64,000 bases of DNA, taken from NCBI GenBank assembly GCA_965645245.1, contig OZ287077.1, positions 434,001 through 498,000 of the forward strand, written 5' to 3'. The first letter of the stretch is position 1. The number at the start of each line of letters is the position of its first letter. The position numbers and the translations under genes were made by a program. The DNA is from Massalongia carnosa. Lineage: Eukaryota. Positions 62,956-64,000 of the stretch are shown here, piece by piece. Below the pieces are notes generated by a model. It saw only the letters and a list, made by a program, of their open reading frames with translations, was not told the origin of the DNA and made no database searches.

Positions 62956-64000
62956 CAGATACGGCTGCACGCGGGTGACAAAATAAATTACAACGTGTAA
63001 GCGAATTTACCCCTGAATGCCCCATCAAAACACCCTCCTTTTTTTCAACTTTTTATCTCATCATCAATGTCTCGACCCAAAAAGCCTCATTATGATACTC
63101 CCACAAAGGCCAAAGTTCAAGGAGCTTATCAATTTCTCATCTCACATGCAATTCCATTCGATCCACGGGCCATTTTTCAGGAATTTGGCGTGGCCGAGCG
63201 CGCGGGCTATAACATCATCAAAAGCGGAGCTTCTTCTCGCACACGTCACAATTCTTCTCTCGTTGAGACTCGGGGTCGAAAGCGAAATATTAGTGATGAT
63301 CAGCTGAAGGAGGCAGATCACATTCTGCAGGATCAAGATCTACAATTGGAAGGAAAACGCTACACATGGGATGCTTTAGCACAGGAGATTGGGGCCGACG
63401 TGATGGGACGTACAATGAAGAGAACTCTTACAGCTGCCTTGAATTATCACAAATGTCTAGCCTGTGTCAAAGGGTGGCTGGCAATGGCATCAGAAGAAAG
63501 AAGAGAAGAATTTGCTACAGTTATGTTAAATAAATCCTCGGTCCGAAGACTGGCATCGCGTACGATTCAGCGATGAGATTCATTTTGGCTACGGGCCTGA
63601 AGGACAGTTACGAATCATTCGTAAGCCCGGAACAAGATATCGTTAGGATTGTATTCAGCATCGTGATGCACCACCTGAGAAAGATCGTAAAAGAAAGCAC
63701 TGCTGGGCAGCAGTTGGTTACAATTTCAAGTCGGATATCTACTTCTACGATGTGCCCAGCAATAGCAATGGAAAAATGACTCATCAGGTGTATATTGACG
63801 CTATTCTTGATCCCGTCGTCAAGCCCTGGTTGGAGCGTGGAGATGACTTCGTACTTGAAGAAGATGGAGACTCTGGTCATGGCACGGGCAAGAGACGAAA
63901 CGCGGTCAAAAGTGGAAGTTAGATCACGATTTAGAGCACTATTTCAATTGTTCTTCATCTCCTGATCTAGCTCCCATTGAAAATTGCTGGCAGCCCGCAA
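62956..64000 (+). mobile_element. Tc1/mariner-type DNA transposon with degenerate transposase, truncated by the window end; left boundary approximate
   Basis: ORF from 63067 (HTH region, RGRKRNIS); after frameshifts [53 protein letters not shown] at 62954-62958 is a candidate end. Confidence 0.88.

Overview
Eukaryotic DNA from a filamentous ascomycete (Pezizomycotina-type genes with short GT-AG introns, separated by low-complexity spacers). Housekeeping genes: 3' end of a PTH11-like membrane protein, a 75-aa conserved microprotein, mitoribosomal mL50, Vip1, Sip5, an RRM protein, an ARO4-type DAHP synthase, Trf4-type poly(A) polymerase and an Hsp20. The centre (about 23.8-41.3 kb) is a fungal N-acetylglucosamine (GlcNAc) gene cluster: Ngt1-type transporter, GlcNAc-kinase-type hexokinase, GH3-GNAT sensor Ngs1/Nag3 and Ndt80-family regulator Ron1/XprG. 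I could not find the deacetylase or deaminase genes in this window. The transporter needs a non-canonical GT-GG intron to stay in frame, and an internally deleted pogo-like transposon with perfect 22-bp TIRs lies inside the cluster. Accessory DNA: a decayed head-to-head ankyrin / HeLo-kinase-like pair (15.4-18 kb); an island at about 47-54.6 kb with a divergent DEDDy 3'-5' exonuclease-like gene, a 1.4-kb hierarchical 23-bp tandem array and an OTU-protease-like pseudogene; a GFA/CENP-V pseudogene; and a degenerate Tc1/mariner element at the right edge. All family calls are from motif recognition by eye; no database searches were run.
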